A stretch of 64,000 bases of DNA from an uncultured Bdellovibrionales bacterium (GCA_964594215.1 CAZQLN010000003.1:25447-89446); one strand, 5' to 3'; shown: positions 47,470-57,274, numbered from the stretch's first letter. Numbers and translations are program-made. Notes: generated from the letters alone by a model not told the origin.

Positions 47470-48027
47470 TTACATCTTTTCAAATACATGGACTGCTTGA
47501 GCCATGCTGCGGACATCGTGGAGAGCGTTGTGTACGTGTCCGTACATCTCTAGTCCAGCTGCCTGATAGAGTGTTCCGCTAGAGTAGGCATCAGCATCAA
47601 TTTTCCATCCAGAAAGTAGGGGCTTGACTTTAATAAAGGGTAAATCTTCAAAAGGATAGGCGATCCCAAAGTAAGAACAGTTCTGTTGTAATACTCCCCA
47701 ATCAGCATTGAATGTCCAGATGGGATAGTTTTTGACAAAGTCTACAAGACTTTTTAGCGCTGTTGGAAAATCAATCGCATTAGTAGTTAGTTGAGAATCA
47801 GTAATATTTGTAAGTTCAACGAAAAAAGGTGGAAGTTTTTTTTCAAAAGCTGGCCATGTCAACACGTCAAAACTAGTCACTTCTTTTCCAGTATGATTAT
47901 CGAACAAAATAGCAGAAATTTGGACTATTTGACGCTTTTCATTTTCATCGGGACGACCCTTTTCGGGAGTCATTTCGGGATAGCAGTATTCTAGGTCTAA
48001 GTACACTCGATAGTCATTTTCTTTCAT
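47470..48027 (-). CDS. DEDDh-family 3'-5' exonuclease (DnaQ/oligoribonuclease/KapD-like)
   Basis: Exo I VYLDLEY (DxE), Exo II FNADWG, Exo III HNALHDVRSMA (H-x4-D); 185 aa. Confidence 0.65.
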   Translation of the reverse strand: MKENDYRVYLDLEYCYPEMTPEKGRPDENEKRQIVQISAILFDNHTGKEVTSFDVLTWPAFEKKLPPFFVELTNITDSQLTTNAIDFPTALKSLVDFVKNYPIWTFNADWGVLQQNCSYFGIAYPFEDLPFIKVKPLLSGWKIDADAYSSGTLYQAAGLEMYGHVHNALHDVRSMAQAVHVFEKM

Positions 48028-48096
48028 AGAATGAGTTTATTGTTTTTATAGAGCCTTTTTGCTATTATTAAACAGCAATTCTATTCTATCAAATCC

Positions 48097-49413
48097 ATGC
48101 TCGATATTCAATTCATCCGCGATAATCAGGAATTCTTAAGAGAGGTCGCGCTCGCTAAAGGTCTTAGTTTGGATATGGATAAGCTGCTCGCTCTTGATGA
48201 GGAGCGTCGTACTTTGCAACAGGAAGTCGAAGAACTACAGTCACTTAAGAATGATATCAATACCCTCATCAAGGAAGCTAAGACTGATGGTGAGCGCACA
48301 GAAATCATTGCCAAGGGCAAAGAAATTAAAGAAAAGCTTGATGCCCGTGAACCGCTTTACCTAGCTTGTAAGAGTCAGTTTGATTCGTTGATGGTCACTG
48401 TACCAAACATCGTCTCGCCAGATACTCCAGTTGGAAAAAGTGACGAAGAGAATGTGGAGATTATGAACAGTGGTTCAGTGCCAGAGTTCACCTTTGCCCC
48501 ACGTAATCACATAGAGCTTGGAGAGCTGTTGGATATTCTCGATCTTGAGCAGGGAGCCAAAGTATCTGGTTACCGGGGCTATTATCTCAAAAACGAGGGT
48601 GTTCTCTTAGCTATGGGGATAGTTTCTTATGCTTTGGCCAAACTGATTCAAAATGGCTATACCCCGATGTTGCCACCAACCCTCGTGAAGGGTCGAGCCT
48701 TGTTTGGGACTGGTTACTTCAAAGGAGCGGAATACGATCCAAGTGTAGATGAAATCTATCAAGTGGCTACTGATGATGGCGAAGAGGCAACTACTAAAGA
48801 GCCGAAGTTTTTGGTTGGTACAGCTGAACCCTCACTTCTTGCCTATTATGCAGATAAGACCTTAGCGGAAGAAGAACTACCGATTCGAGTAGCTGGAATG
48901 AGTCAGTGCTACAGGAGTGAAATTGGTTCATATGGCAAAGATACCAAGGGTCTTTATCGGGTGCACGAGTTTCAAAAGGTAGAGCAAGTTGTTATCACAC
49001 GGGCCAATCTGGAAGAGGCTAATGCTCTTCAGGATGAGATGATCCGTCTCTCAGAGGAGATGCATGCGGAACTTGGCTTACCGTACCGTAAACTTCAGAT
49101 CTGCACCGGAGATATGAGTGCTGGTAAGTACAGAGCATTTGACCTAGAGGCGTGGATGCCGGGCTTAGCGCGTTATGGAGAAACTGGATCAGCGAGTAAC
49201 TTTCTTGATTGGCAGTCCCGTAGACTCCATGTGAAATACAGAGAGACCGCCACTGGTGAGCGCAAGCATGTCTATATGCTCAATAACACTGCTTTACCGG
49301 TACCGCGTATCTTGATCGCCATTCTTGAGAACTATCAACAAGAAGACGGTAGCGTGGTGATACCTGAGATTTTGCGTCCATATATAGGAAAAGACGTGAT
49401 AGCAGTCAAGTAA
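48097..49413 (+). CDS. serS: serine--tRNA ligase
   Basis: N-terminal long coiled-coil arm, class II core (…GYRGYYLKNEG…, …RVHEFQKVEQV…, …GETGSASNF…). Confidence 0.9.
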   Translation: MLDIQFIRDNQEFLREVALAKGLSLDMDKLLALDEERRTLQQEVEELQSLKNDINTLIKEAKTDGERTEIIAKGKEIKEKLDAREPLYLACKSQFDSLMVTVPNIVSPDTPVGKSDEENVEIMNSGSVPEFTFAPRNHIELGELLDILDLEQGAKVSGYRGYYLKNEGVLLAMGIVSYALAKLIQNGYTPMLPPTLVKGRALFGTGYFKGAEYDPSVDEIYQVATDDGEEATTKEPKFLVGTAEPSLLAYYADKTLAEEELPIRVAGMSQCYRSEIGSYGKDTKGLYRVHEFQKVEQVVITRANLEEANALQDEMIRLSEEMHAELGLPYRKLQICTGDMSAGKYRAFDLEAWMPGLARYGETGSASNFLDWQSRRLHVKYRETATGERKHVYMLNNTALPVPRILIAILENYQQEDGSVVIPEILRPYIGKDVIAVK

Positions 49414-49419
49414 ATATGG

Positions 49420-49448
49420 TTGACTAGTAGAGGGATATTGCGTACAAT
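49420..49448 (+). promoter_or_regulatory. sigma70-type promoter TTGACT-N17-TACAAT for tRNA-Lys
   Basis: -10 ends 21 nt before the tRNA 5' end. Confidence 0.5.
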
Positions 49449-49469
49449 ATCTTCTGTTACCTTCATTTT

Positions 49470-49542
49470 GGGTGTGTAGCTCAGTTGGTAGAGCAGTGGC
49501 CTTTTAAGCCAACGGTCGCAGGTTCGAGCCCTGCCACACCCA
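49470..49542 (+). tRNA. tRNA-Lys (anticodon UUU); 3' CCA not encoded
   Basis: Manual fold: perfect 7-bp acceptor GGGTGTG/CACACCC, D-arm GCTC-AGTTGGTA-GAGC, anticodon loop CTTTTAA, 5-nt variable loop, T-arm GCAGG-TTCGAGC-CCTGC, discriminator A. Confidence 0.85.
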
Positions 49543-49571
49543 CAAATTAATTCAATTACATATTTTTTATT

Positions 49572-50021
49572 ATGTATATTTGGAGAATAGAAGACTTGAA
49601 AAGGGATCTTAAACAAGGGTCTCTCTCAGAGAAAGAATCTTTGAAATATCTACTGATTTTTCTCTTTTTTACTTCCCTAGAAGCTATTCCTATGGAGGGG
49701 AGTAATAAGTGGGACTTATACAGCGCGATTGCTTTTGGAGTCATCACTATTTTAGGAACTTGGTATTTATATATTTGTAATGGAGGAGAACAAGGAAAGG
49801 ATTTTGTGCAACGCTATCTGTCTCTCGGGTTGGTTGTAGCCATTCGTTGGACAGGGTTTGTGTTCCTACCCCTTTTTATTATTTATTTGGTAGTTTTTGG
49901 AGGTGTAGAGATGCGGTCGGGTGAAACAACCTTTCCTTATATGTTATTTGGGACATTTGCTGTACTGACATATTATGTATTACTTGCAAAGCATTTCAAG
50001 GATGTTGGAAAAAGAGACTAA
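49572..50021 (+). CDS. hypothetical small membrane protein (3-4 TM)
   Basis: Hydrophobic segments; 149 aa. Confidence 0.45.
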   Translation: MYIWRIEDLKRDLKQGSLSEKESLKYLLIFLFFTSLEAIPMEGSNKWDLYSAIAFGVITILGTWYLYICNGGEQGKDFVQRYLSLGLVVAIRWTGFVFLPLFIIYLVVFGGVEMRSGETTFPYMLFGTFAVLTYYVLLAKHFKDVGKRD

Positions 50022-50047
50022 ACATTTTTTCCCCCATCATCATTAAA

Positions 50048-50071
50048 AGCTCTCTCGCGGGAGCTTTTTTT
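50048..50071 (+). terminator. putative intrinsic terminator
   Basis: Short stem agctc/gagct with 8-nt loop followed by T7. Confidence 0.45.
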
Positions 50072-50105
50072 ATTCTCCACAAAAGGGTATAATAAGGGAA
50101 AAGTT

Positions 50106-51179
50106 ATGATACAAAGATCACTTCTCTTTTTTGGGATTCTTTTTCTCCTTACAGGCTGTAGCATCAGTTTACCAGTAGGTAACTCTAGTAGTGCAGCTAC
50201 TGGGAGTGTTTACAAATCTACCAATGGTGGAGAAACTTTTGAGCCCAAGATCAAAATCGACGACAAAACATCTATTTCTTCGGCGGATGTTCTTTCGGTA
50301 GCTATCCATCCAACGAATAGTCAAATTGTCTATCTTGGCACCGAGAGTACCGGTCTTTTCCGTACAACCAATGGAGGTGATAGTTGGGAAAAAATTGTCT
50401 TTCCGCCTACCAAGATCTACGGCCTTTCTGTTGATAATACCAATGGAGATCGTATTTTCGCGACGGGTATCTATGAGAAGACGGGTAAAATCTATCGTTC
50501 TTTTGATGCTGGAGCTAATTGGAAAGAGATTTACACTGAACCCGGGTCAAATACGGTTATTACCTCGCTTACACTTGATACCACTAATCCAAATATTGTT
50601 TATGCGGGTACGAGTGCCGGAGTAGTTATCCGAAGTACTGATGGTGGAGAAACTTGGAAAAACGTCGTAGTTGCCAAGGGGCCAGTAACAGAGATGGCTG
50701 TAACGGATAGAACCATTCTTCTAACTATTTTTGCTTTGGGCACGGAGGTCTCTTTTGATCAGGGAGCTACATTTGAGGATAATACCAAATCAGGTATCAC
50801 AACCCGGGTTGCTAACACGACTGACCAAACAAACCTAGTCTTACCAGAGAGTCTCTATACGGTTGCTAAAGATCCTAGGCAGCCTGGCGTGTTCATTGCT
50901 GGTGCTGCAAATGGCCTTTTCCGCACAGCTGACTATGGGAAGAATTGGACAGAACTAGATATTATCGAGAGCTCCAAGAAATTCCCTATTCGAGCAGTGG
51001 CTATTAATCCCGCTAATTCTAATGAGGTAGTGTATGCTTCTGGCGGGGTTCTTTATAAGTCTATTGATGGAGGAGTGAAGTGGTCAACAGCCGAACTCAA
51101 GATCGGTCGAGGTGTCAGCCATCTCTTTTACGACCCGGTTACACCGAGTACCCTTTTCTTCACGCTCCGTAAGTTTTAG
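50106..51179 (+). CDS. lipoprotein with BNR/Asp-box repeats (beta-propeller, Ycf48/sialidase-like fold)
   Basis: Lipobox LLTGC; at least 7 repeats of S/T-x-D/N-G-G-x-T/S-W (STNGGETF, TTNGGDSW, SFDAGANW, STDGGETW, SIDGGVKW…). Confidence 0.7.
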   Translation: MIQRSLLFFGILFLLTGCSISLPVGNSSSAATGSVYKSTNGGETFEPKIKIDDKTSISSADVLSVAIHPTNSQIVYLGTESTGLFRTTNGGDSWEKIVFPPTKIYGLSVDNTNGDRIFATGIYEKTGKIYRSFDAGANWKEIYTEPGSNTVITSLTLDTTNPNIVYAGTSAGVVIRSTDGGETWKNVVVAKGPVTEMAVTDRTILLTIFALGTEVSFDQGATFEDNTKSGITTRVANTTDQTNLVLPESLYTVAKDPRQPGVFIAGAANGLFRTADYGKNWTELDIIESSKKFPIRAVAINPANSNEVVYASGGVLYKSIDGGVKWSTAELKIGRGVSHLFYDPVTPSTLFFTLRKF

Positions 51180-51219
51180 CGTATACTAAGGGTATTATCA
51201 GTATTTATCAGCCGTTGCT

Positions 51220-51777
51220 ATGATCAAAGAATTGTTAGAAAGCCACGACCAAGCCTGGAATAGCGCATTGGATCATTTTAGTCTGGAAGCCTCAAAAATC
51301 CGTACTGGAAGAGCGAATCCAAGTCTCGTAGAGAATATTAGCGTGGATTATTATGGTACTCGTACACCACTGAGTCAGGTGGCTAGTATTAGTGTGCCAG
51401 AAGCTCGTCAGTTGTTGATTCAGCCTTGGGATAAGGGGACACTTCCTCTTATTGAGGCTGCTATTCGTGAATCAGATCTGGGTCTCAATCCAGGTAATGA
51501 TGGGACTGGTATCCGCATTATCCTTCCAGCGTTGACTGAAGATCGTCGCAAGGAATTAGTCAAAGTTCTTAATGCCAAAGCTGAAGATGCTCGTATCGCT
51601 ATTCGGGCTACTCGTGAAGATATCTGGAAAGCGATTCAAGATGGTGAAAAGCGTGGAGAAATTACCGAAGATGATAAGTTTAGCGCCAAAGATGAACTCC
51701 AAAAAGTGGTTGATGATTATAATCAGAAACTTGAGGTACTCCGTAAAAAGAAAGAAGAGGAGATTTTGACAGTCTAA
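51220..51777 (+). CDS. frr: ribosome recycling factor
   Basis: 185 aa; …SLVENISVDYYGTRTPLSQVASISV…, …IRIILPALTEDRRKELVK…. Confidence 0.9.
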   Translation: MIKELLESHDQAWNSALDHFSLEASKIRTGRANPSLVENISVDYYGTRTPLSQVASISVPEARQLLIQPWDKGTLPLIEAAIRESDLGLNPGNDGTGIRIILPALTEDRRKELVKVLNAKAEDARIAIRATREDIWKAIQDGEKRGEITEDDKFSAKDELQKVVDDYNQKLEVLRKKKEEEILTV

Positions 51778-51798
51778 TCTGTAGCGATAGCTAGACCT

Positions 51799-52953
51799 AT
51801 GTTGAGTATTTTGATTTTTATTGCCGTTCTTGGCCTTTTGGTGTTCATCCATGAATTGGGCCATTTTTTGACGGCTAAATTCTATGGTATCCACTCTGAA
51901 GAATTTGGGTTTGGTTTTCCACCACGCTTGGCAGGGGTATACAAAGATGAGACTACTGGCAAATACCGTCTGGTGTGGGGAAACAAGGAAGTGCCAACCA
52001 AGAACACCGTCTATTCGCTCAACTGGATTCCCCTTGGAGGTTTTGTCAAAATTAAAGGTGAGGATGGTATTACTGTTACTGAGGAAAAAGATAGCTTTGC
52101 TGAGAAAAGTGCTTGGATCAGAATTCAGGTGACCGTAGCGGGGGTAGTCATGAACCTGATTTTGGCTTGGGTCCTTATCTCGATTGTCTTCATGATGGGT
52201 CTACCACAACCTATTGAAGAAAGTGAACGCGCTCAATACCCAGACGCTCGGATCCAGATTCTCTCTGTGGCTCCCAATAGTCCAGCTGCGAGTATCGGTC
52301 TTCAACCGGGAGATATCATCAACTCCTTAGATGGACAGAGAGTGACTACTCTTGAGGAAGTGGGTACGCATATTCGGGCACAAAAAGGTAAAGATGTAGC
52401 GATAGAGATTAATCGTTTTGGTAAAGAAATGACTGTCCATGGTACGCCTCGTGTTGAGACGGTAGCTAATGAGGGGGCACTCGGTATTTCATATTCTTTC
52501 ACTGCTACTGTAACCTATTCATTTTTCTCAGCTATCGGTCATGCCTTTGTTACTACCTATACTGTGACAGCCGCTATTTTTGAAGCCTTTGGAAAAATGA
52601 TTAGCGGACTTCTTGGGGGACATGGTGCTGCTGGTGCTGACATTACTGGACCAGTGGGTATAGTATATCTGACTAAGCAGATGAGTGATCTTGGCTTAGC
52701 CTATCTCTTGCAGTTTGCGGCCCTTCTTTCTATCAATCTTGCTATTATCAATATTCTTCCAATTCCAGCTCTTGATGGAGGGAGAATTCTTTTTATCTTG
52801 ATTGAAAAGATGAAGGGGCGACCACTCAATCAGCGTATGGAGGGGATTATCCATCAGACAGGCTTTATGCTACTCCTTCTCCTCATGCTTTTTGTCACTA
52901 TCAAAGATTTCATCACTTTTGATATCTTTGGCAAATTCTTTGGTTTATTCTAG
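51799..52953 (+). CDS. rseP: RseP-type site-2 protease (M50 zinc metalloprotease with PDZ domain)
   Basis: HELGHFLTAKFYG (HExxH), central PDZ (…LQPGDIINSLDGQRV…), C-terminal …LNQRMEGI… region. Confidence 0.85.
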   Translation: MLSILIFIAVLGLLVFIHELGHFLTAKFYGIHSEEFGFGFPPRLAGVYKDETTGKYRLVWGNKEVPTKNTVYSLNWIPLGGFVKIKGEDGITVTEEKDSFAEKSAWIRIQVTVAGVVMNLILAWVLISIVFMMGLPQPIEESERAQYPDARIQILSVAPNSPAASIGLQPGDIINSLDGQRVTTLEEVGTHIRAQKGKDVAIEINRFGKEMTVHGTPRVETVANEGALGISYSFTATVTYSFFSAIGHAFVTTYTVTAAIFEAFGKMISGLLGGHGAAGADITGPVGIVYLTKQMSDLGLAYLLQFAALLSINLAIINILPIPALDGGRILFILIEKMKGRPLNQRMEGIIHQTGFMLLLLLMLFVTIKDFITFDIFGKFFGLF

Positions 52954-52982
52954 AAGAGTGTAACCCCTAAAAGCTTTAAAAA

Positions 52983-53003
52983 CCCCTTTAAAGAGGGGTT
53001 TTT
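52983..53003 (+). terminator. putative intrinsic terminator after rseP
   Basis: cccctt-taaa-gagggg hairpin followed by TTTTT. Confidence 0.5.
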
Positions 53004-53022
53004 GTATACTCAGCACGGACTA

Positions 53023-53051
53023 TTGACATTTTGGCTAAAATTTGTTATTAT
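53023..53051 (+). promoter_or_regulatory. sigma70-type promoter TTGACA-N17-TATTAT
   Basis: Exact -35; AGGAGG at 53078-53083 precedes ATG 53090. Confidence 0.5.
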
Positions 53052-53089
53052 CTACTGTTATATTTGTAATTTGTATAAGGAGGAAACTT

Positions 53090-53725
53090 ATGAATTATTT
53101 TGATCTGAAGCGTTTATTCAAGGCAAAGTTTTGGACCATGTTCCTGTTTGGACTCTTGGTCGGCACGATAGCTTTTTTTGTGACCATTCTGACGTTGCCG
53201 TATTATCGAGCATCATCTGATTTTTTGGTAGTCCAGACAAGTCAAAACAATCAGGACTTCTATACTCAATTCAAATCTTCTGAGTATCTCGGAAAAGTTT
53301 TGGGCGAAGCTGTCTATTCCGAAAGTTTTATCAACGCGGTCATTGGTACCGGTAAGATCAGTGGTGAAAGTTTACCATTCGATAAGAAGACTCGTTTGGA
53401 TAAATGGAAAGACATGGTGGTGGTCAAGAAGAATCTTGAACTTGGAGTGATCCAAATTTCCGTCGCTGGTAATGATCAGCGCGAAGTAGGGAAAATCATG
53501 GAAGGTATCTCGGATGTTTTGATCAACCAGAATACCCTTTTCCGTGGCGGTAACCCAGATAGTGTTCAGATTCGAGTTCTCTCAGGACCCATTCTTGAGA
53601 AAACTCCTACGATGCTAACTCTTATCAAGATTTTAGGCACAAGCTTTGTAGTTGGTTTCCTCCTCTCACTCCTTTATTTTTTCGGAAAGTCAGAAAAGAG
53701 TACCATGAGACTTTTCGAAGATTAA
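53090..53725 (+). CDS. short Wzz/polysaccharide co-polymerase-like membrane protein (paralog of 21427..22047)
   Basis: N- and C-terminal TMs; post-TM1 block LPYYRASSDFLVVQTSQNN. Start reassigned from track 53042 to the RBS-supported ATG 53090. Confidence 0.55.
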   Translation: MNYFDLKRLFKAKFWTMFLFGLLVGTIAFFVTILTLPYYRASSDFLVVQTSQNNQDFYTQFKSSEYLGKVLGEAVYSESFINAVIGTGKISGESLPFDKKTRLDKWKDMVVVKKNLELGVIQISVAGNDQREVGKIMEGISDVLINQNTLFRGGNPDSVQIRVLSGPILEKTPTMLTLIKILGTSFVVGFLLSLLYFFGKSEKSTMRLFED

Positions 53726-53858
53726 GTTCTACTTTCTTGTCTTCCTCCTGAATATTTCTGGGGGAAGCAAGAGGGCTGGAATCCAGTTCTCGTAAGGAAA
53801 TGTACCTATCCAACTGAATATATCAACAATCAAACTTTAGTCTAAAGGAGACTGAATC

Positions 53859-54725
53859 ATGAAGTATACCTTCTCAACCGCTCTTGTGGCGGTGTCGCTC
53901 GCTTTTGCTTCCCAGGCCTCGGCCAAGGAAGTGAAGCCGGCAGAGATGGAGGTTCGCGGCCTTCACGCCGTCGAAGCTCCCTGGCAACCAGAGAGTCTGT
54001 CGCTTGACACGCGTCAAGTGCAGGCACTCCAGGTAATTACTATCCCACTTTCGGAGGCAACAAAGAAAGAATGGGCAAAAGTTAACCGTGATAAACGTGG
54101 TATTCGAATGATCGTCGATGGAGAAGATGGCAAGCCTCGGCTTGTTGGACGACCCGTCATCAAGGCGACGTTTCGCGTATTGCTTATGAAGGATGGTGAC
54201 ATTCTTCCTATGAGCGAAGCCGAAATGATTACCACTGGCGGTGAGGCCATCAATATCCTCTTGCCGCCTGACGTTGATTTCCGTGGAACGACAGCCTTTG
54301 TGTTGGCGGATCGCGGACGTCATGCACTTACTCTTGCGGGTGAGATTATCGATCTCGACAAGGGAAAGAAACGACTTATTACGTCCAAGTTGCCCGATCA
54401 AGTTGCCACTTCGGTGGTGGAAGACACGGCTTTGAGTGTACGGGGTGAGCCTTCTGGGTTGTACCTCGATATGCTGGAAGCCACATTTAGCGAACACGCT
54501 GTTCTCAACAACAGTCTTCGCTATTCCGGTCTTCCCGGCACTTTTCTTTCCAAGGATATGACCCGTTACCCTTCGGTGGCGGCTCTCTATACGAGGGAAG
54601 ACACAGTCGGCGATCGCTTGATTACCTGCGGCAATGGAACACTGGATCCGTCCATGTTCACTGGTATTGGAGCCCTTGTTAAAGTGGGCTCCAACCTCAT
54701 CGTCGCACTCAAGAAACGTTGCTAG
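53859..54725 (+). CDS. secreted hypothetical protein, GC-rich (about 52-55%)
   Basis: Signal peptide MKYTFSTALVAVSLAFASQASA; GGAG 8 nt upstream; composition unlike its flanks. Confidence 0.6.
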   Translation: MKYTFSTALVAVSLAFASQASAKEVKPAEMEVRGLHAVEAPWQPESLSLDTRQVQALQVITIPLSEATKKEWAKVNRDKRGIRMIVDGEDGKPRLVGRPVIKATFRVLLMKDGDILPMSEAEMITTGGEAINILLPPDVDFRGTTAFVLADRGRHALTLAGEIIDLDKGKKRLITSKLPDQVATSVVEDTALSVRGEPSGLYLDMLEATFSEHAVLNNSLRYSGLPGTFLSKDMTRYPSVAALYTREDTVGDRLITCGNGTLDPSMFTGIGALVKVGSNLIVALKKRC

Positions 54726-54828
54726 GAGAAATTCGATGACCTGGCAGCACGGCAACCCTATCGATCAATTCTGGTCGAGACGGTTGCTCTGTGCGCCGTC
54801 TCGACTTCCATCAAGGAGTGTAAGTATC

Positions 54829-56187
54829 ATGAAACGTTTTCTCCTGACCCTTGGGGTCGCCCTCTCGGTGTCGATGACTGGATTCATTTCCAGTTCGGCA
54901 TCGGCGGCGACCACTCGAAATGCCGAAGGGTATGTCGAGTGGAGCCGGGTGGGCGCCGCTACCATGAACTTGTTTCAGGGTGGTGGTCCACGCCTTGATC
55001 TGGCACGCGTTTATGCGATGCGCCAGATGGGTGTGAGCGAACCTGAAATTGCTCAAGTCCTCCTGGACTTTCATGCAAAAAACTTCGAGGAAGGCGTTAT
55101 CCGCAAGGGTGACAAGTTCAAGACGATGTCTTTTGCTAACAAGAAAGAGGTCAAGGTGATGCATAACGTCATCTTGACTGCAGACGGCGAATACAGGGTT
55201 TGGCGGATGCGCACCAAAAGCGGACTGACTATCACGTTCGTTGAGAAGTGTGCCAATGTCGGCATCGAGGAAACTCCGCCGGCACCGCCTGCCAAAGAAA
55301 ACCCTCCGCCGGTAGAGGAAACTCCGCCGGCACCTCCGCCTCCCTTTGTTCCGCCGACGACGGTCGAAGAAGGCCAGCGTCTCTGCAATAAGCTTCGGGT
55401 CAACGGTGTTCTCGGTTTCGAATGGGAACCGCTCATCCATGGCTCGGACTCGCGTAGCTTGTATGCTGCTGCGGGTATCTATTGCATGCGTCTGACCAAG
55501 TACGGTCAAATCGGTTTCGGTCTCGGTGGCCAAGCTGCCTTCTACGGTGGCAAGGTCAAACATGTTGGTCGTTTCCAGGGCCATCTCTATGGCGCAGGAC
55601 CGGCAGTCATGATCGTGAACGACAAAGGTCTCGACTACGAAGGCAAGTTGATGATCATGGACTACACATCAAGCTACCGCCAAGGTGGCTACCGTTCCCA
55701 TGAGCATCGCACGGTGATTGGGATGAGCCTGGCTCATAACGACTACCGTGGCCGGATTGACGGCACTGGCAAGCCAGAAACGCAGTACTTCGCCTTGTGC
55801 GGAGTGCCGATTGGTGGTCATACCACGGAAACGTGGAATGGTCAGAAAATCGGCAACGGCTCGAAGCTCGGGCTTGTCTGCAACGCTGGCCTTCGGAAGT
55901 ATCTGACGGAGGGCAAGAAGTGGAATCCGTATATTCAAGGCGGACTCCTGGGTGAAGCTCGCAAGGGTGGAGCCGACTTCTTGTCTGGCAGTCTGCGTCT
56001 TGGTGCTTCGAATAAGCATCGGACGATCGGTTGTGGAGCGGGTATCGACGTGAACCTGCTTAAGGGCGGTATCCATCCTGGCCTCGGCTGTTGGGTGGAT
56101 GTTGCTGGCATGGTACGCCACAAGCGTACGGCCTCACGGGCGGCAGCTATTGCAGCTGACCAGCTTCCGGCAACCAAGAACGAATAA
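54829..56187 (+). CDS. secreted hypothetical protein with proline-rich linker (EETPPAPPAKENPPPVEETPPAPPPPFVPP), GC-rich
   Basis: AAGGAG then ATG 54829; signal peptide MKRFLLTLGVALSVSMTGFISSSASA. The track ORF from 54634 is an upstream extension. Confidence 0.6.
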   Translation: MKRFLLTLGVALSVSMTGFISSSASAATTRNAEGYVEWSRVGAATMNLFQGGGPRLDLARVYAMRQMGVSEPEIAQVLLDFHAKNFEEGVIRKGDKFKTMSFANKKEVKVMHNVILTADGEYRVWRMRTKSGLTITFVEKCANVGIEETPPAPPAKENPPPVEETPPAPPPPFVPPTTVEEGQRLCNKLRVNGVLGFEWEPLIHGSDSRSLYAAAGIYCMRLTKYGQIGFGLGGQAAFYGGKVKHVGRFQGHLYGAGPAVMIVNDKGLDYEGKLMIMDYTSSYRQGGYRSHEHRTVIGMSLAHNDYRGRIDGTGKPETQYFALCGVPIGGHTTETWNGQKIGNGSKLGLVCNAGLRKYLTEGKKWNPYIQGGLLGEARKGGADFLSGSLRLGASNKHRTIGCGAGIDVNLLKGGIHPGLGCWVDVAGMVRHKRTASRAAAIAADQLPATKNE

Positions 56188-56416
56188 CCGGGACTAACGT
56201 CCCAAAGTGATGAACCTCACACTGTTGGCAAATAGCTCCGCAAGGACTATAACGAAAAACGGTTAGCATAGGGACAAGACCCTATGTCAAGGTATAGCGG
56301 ACGCTATACTGGAGCAGACTTTCAGGCAACTGAGAGCGAAGCGACCCGGCCACGAGGTAAAAGGATTGTTGGTGTGTACAGCCAATGAAACTTCATTGCG
56401 ATAAACATTTTCCTCA

Positions 56417-56449
56417 AGGTCAGCCTCTGCTCACGCATGCTGACCTTTT
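56417..56449 (+). terminator. putative intrinsic terminator
   Basis: 8-bp stem aggtcagc/gctgacct (14-nt loop) then TTTT. Confidence 0.45.
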
Positions 56450-56452
56450 CAT

Positions 56453-56481
56453 TTGACTTTTTATCATTTTAGGTGTATAAT
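56453..56481 (+). promoter_or_regulatory. sigma70-type promoter TTGACT-N17-TATAAT
   Basis: Direct reading; 33 nt before ATG 56515. Confidence 0.5.
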
Positions 56482-56514
56482 ATATTTTAGTTTAAAATGA
56501 TTTTTTAGGATTCT

Positions 56515-57267
56515 ATGCCACAAATAAAGCGGATAATATACTTCACAGCCATTTTGGTCTTGGCTGTGGTCGCTTATACTAAGACTTTTGGTGACCTTAT
56601 AGCAAAACCTTTTGAACAGGAGGTTTGTTGGCAGTTACCAGTTTTTGGAGAACAAGGAGTACCTCATGGTGCTCTTTGGAAACAGGAAACCGTGAGAGAA
56701 GAACATGCACCCGAGGGATATCATGCAGCTGTAGCTTGGATGAATGTGGTAACTACGTGGCCATGTACAGAGGTCTCTGGACCAGCATTAGCAGAAGTAC
56801 GGGCAATACGAATTATAGAAAAAAAAGCTGATGAAGAAAGAGTGGTTTTAAATCAGGTTTTTGATACAGAGAAACGGACTGGTTTTAGTGGGGCTCTTTT
56901 TCAGCGACAACCTTTTTGGTTTGGTCCAGGTGAGGGAAAACTCAGTGGCGGGGTAGCTAGTTTCACTAAGAATGGTCTCGTTATTAATGCGCGGCAAATT
57001 CCTCACAATATCTACCATGGTTGGTCTGATCCACGTATTCATATTGATAATGATGCGCAGTACATTGTAGAGGCGGAAGTTCGGGTAACAGGCACGGCAC
57101 GTTTACAATTAGGCATGGACTATTGGCGGGATCTTGAGAGTGATTACAGTGGCTATGACCCTAATTGTCAGACAAGTAATAACTGCGAAGCCTGGATAGG
57201 GGATTGGCAAGGTGATACAAATGGTCAATTTATCACTCTACGTTCACCGAAGCAATTTCTTCAGTAA
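56515..57267 (+). CDS. membrane-anchored hypothetical extracytoplasmic protein (low-GC)
   Basis: N-terminal TM IIYFTAILVLAVVAY; 250 aa; no motif recognised. Confidence 0.55.
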   Translation: MPQIKRIIYFTAILVLAVVAYTKTFGDLIAKPFEQEVCWQLPVFGEQGVPHGALWKQETVREEHAPEGYHAAVAWMNVVTTWPCTEVSGPALAEVRAIRIIEKKADEERVVLNQVFDTEKRTGFSGALFQRQPFWFGPGEGKLSGGVASFTKNGLVINARQIPHNIYHGWSDPRIHIDNDAQYIVEAEVRVTGTARLQLGMDYWRDLESDYSGYDPNCQTSNNCEAWIGDWQGDTNGQFITLRSPKQFLQ

Positions 57268-57274
57268 CTGATAA

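Noticed and set aside
53874-54755. 293-aa ORF on the - strand
   Set aside because: Antisense shadow of the GC-rich + strand gene. The translation is Arg/Cys/His-rich nonsense with no motifs, whereas the + strand has an RBS and a signal peptide.
54811-55584. 257-aa - strand ORF (and 55669..56121, 55935..56177)
   Set aside because: Same GC-driven antisense artefact opposite 54829..56187.
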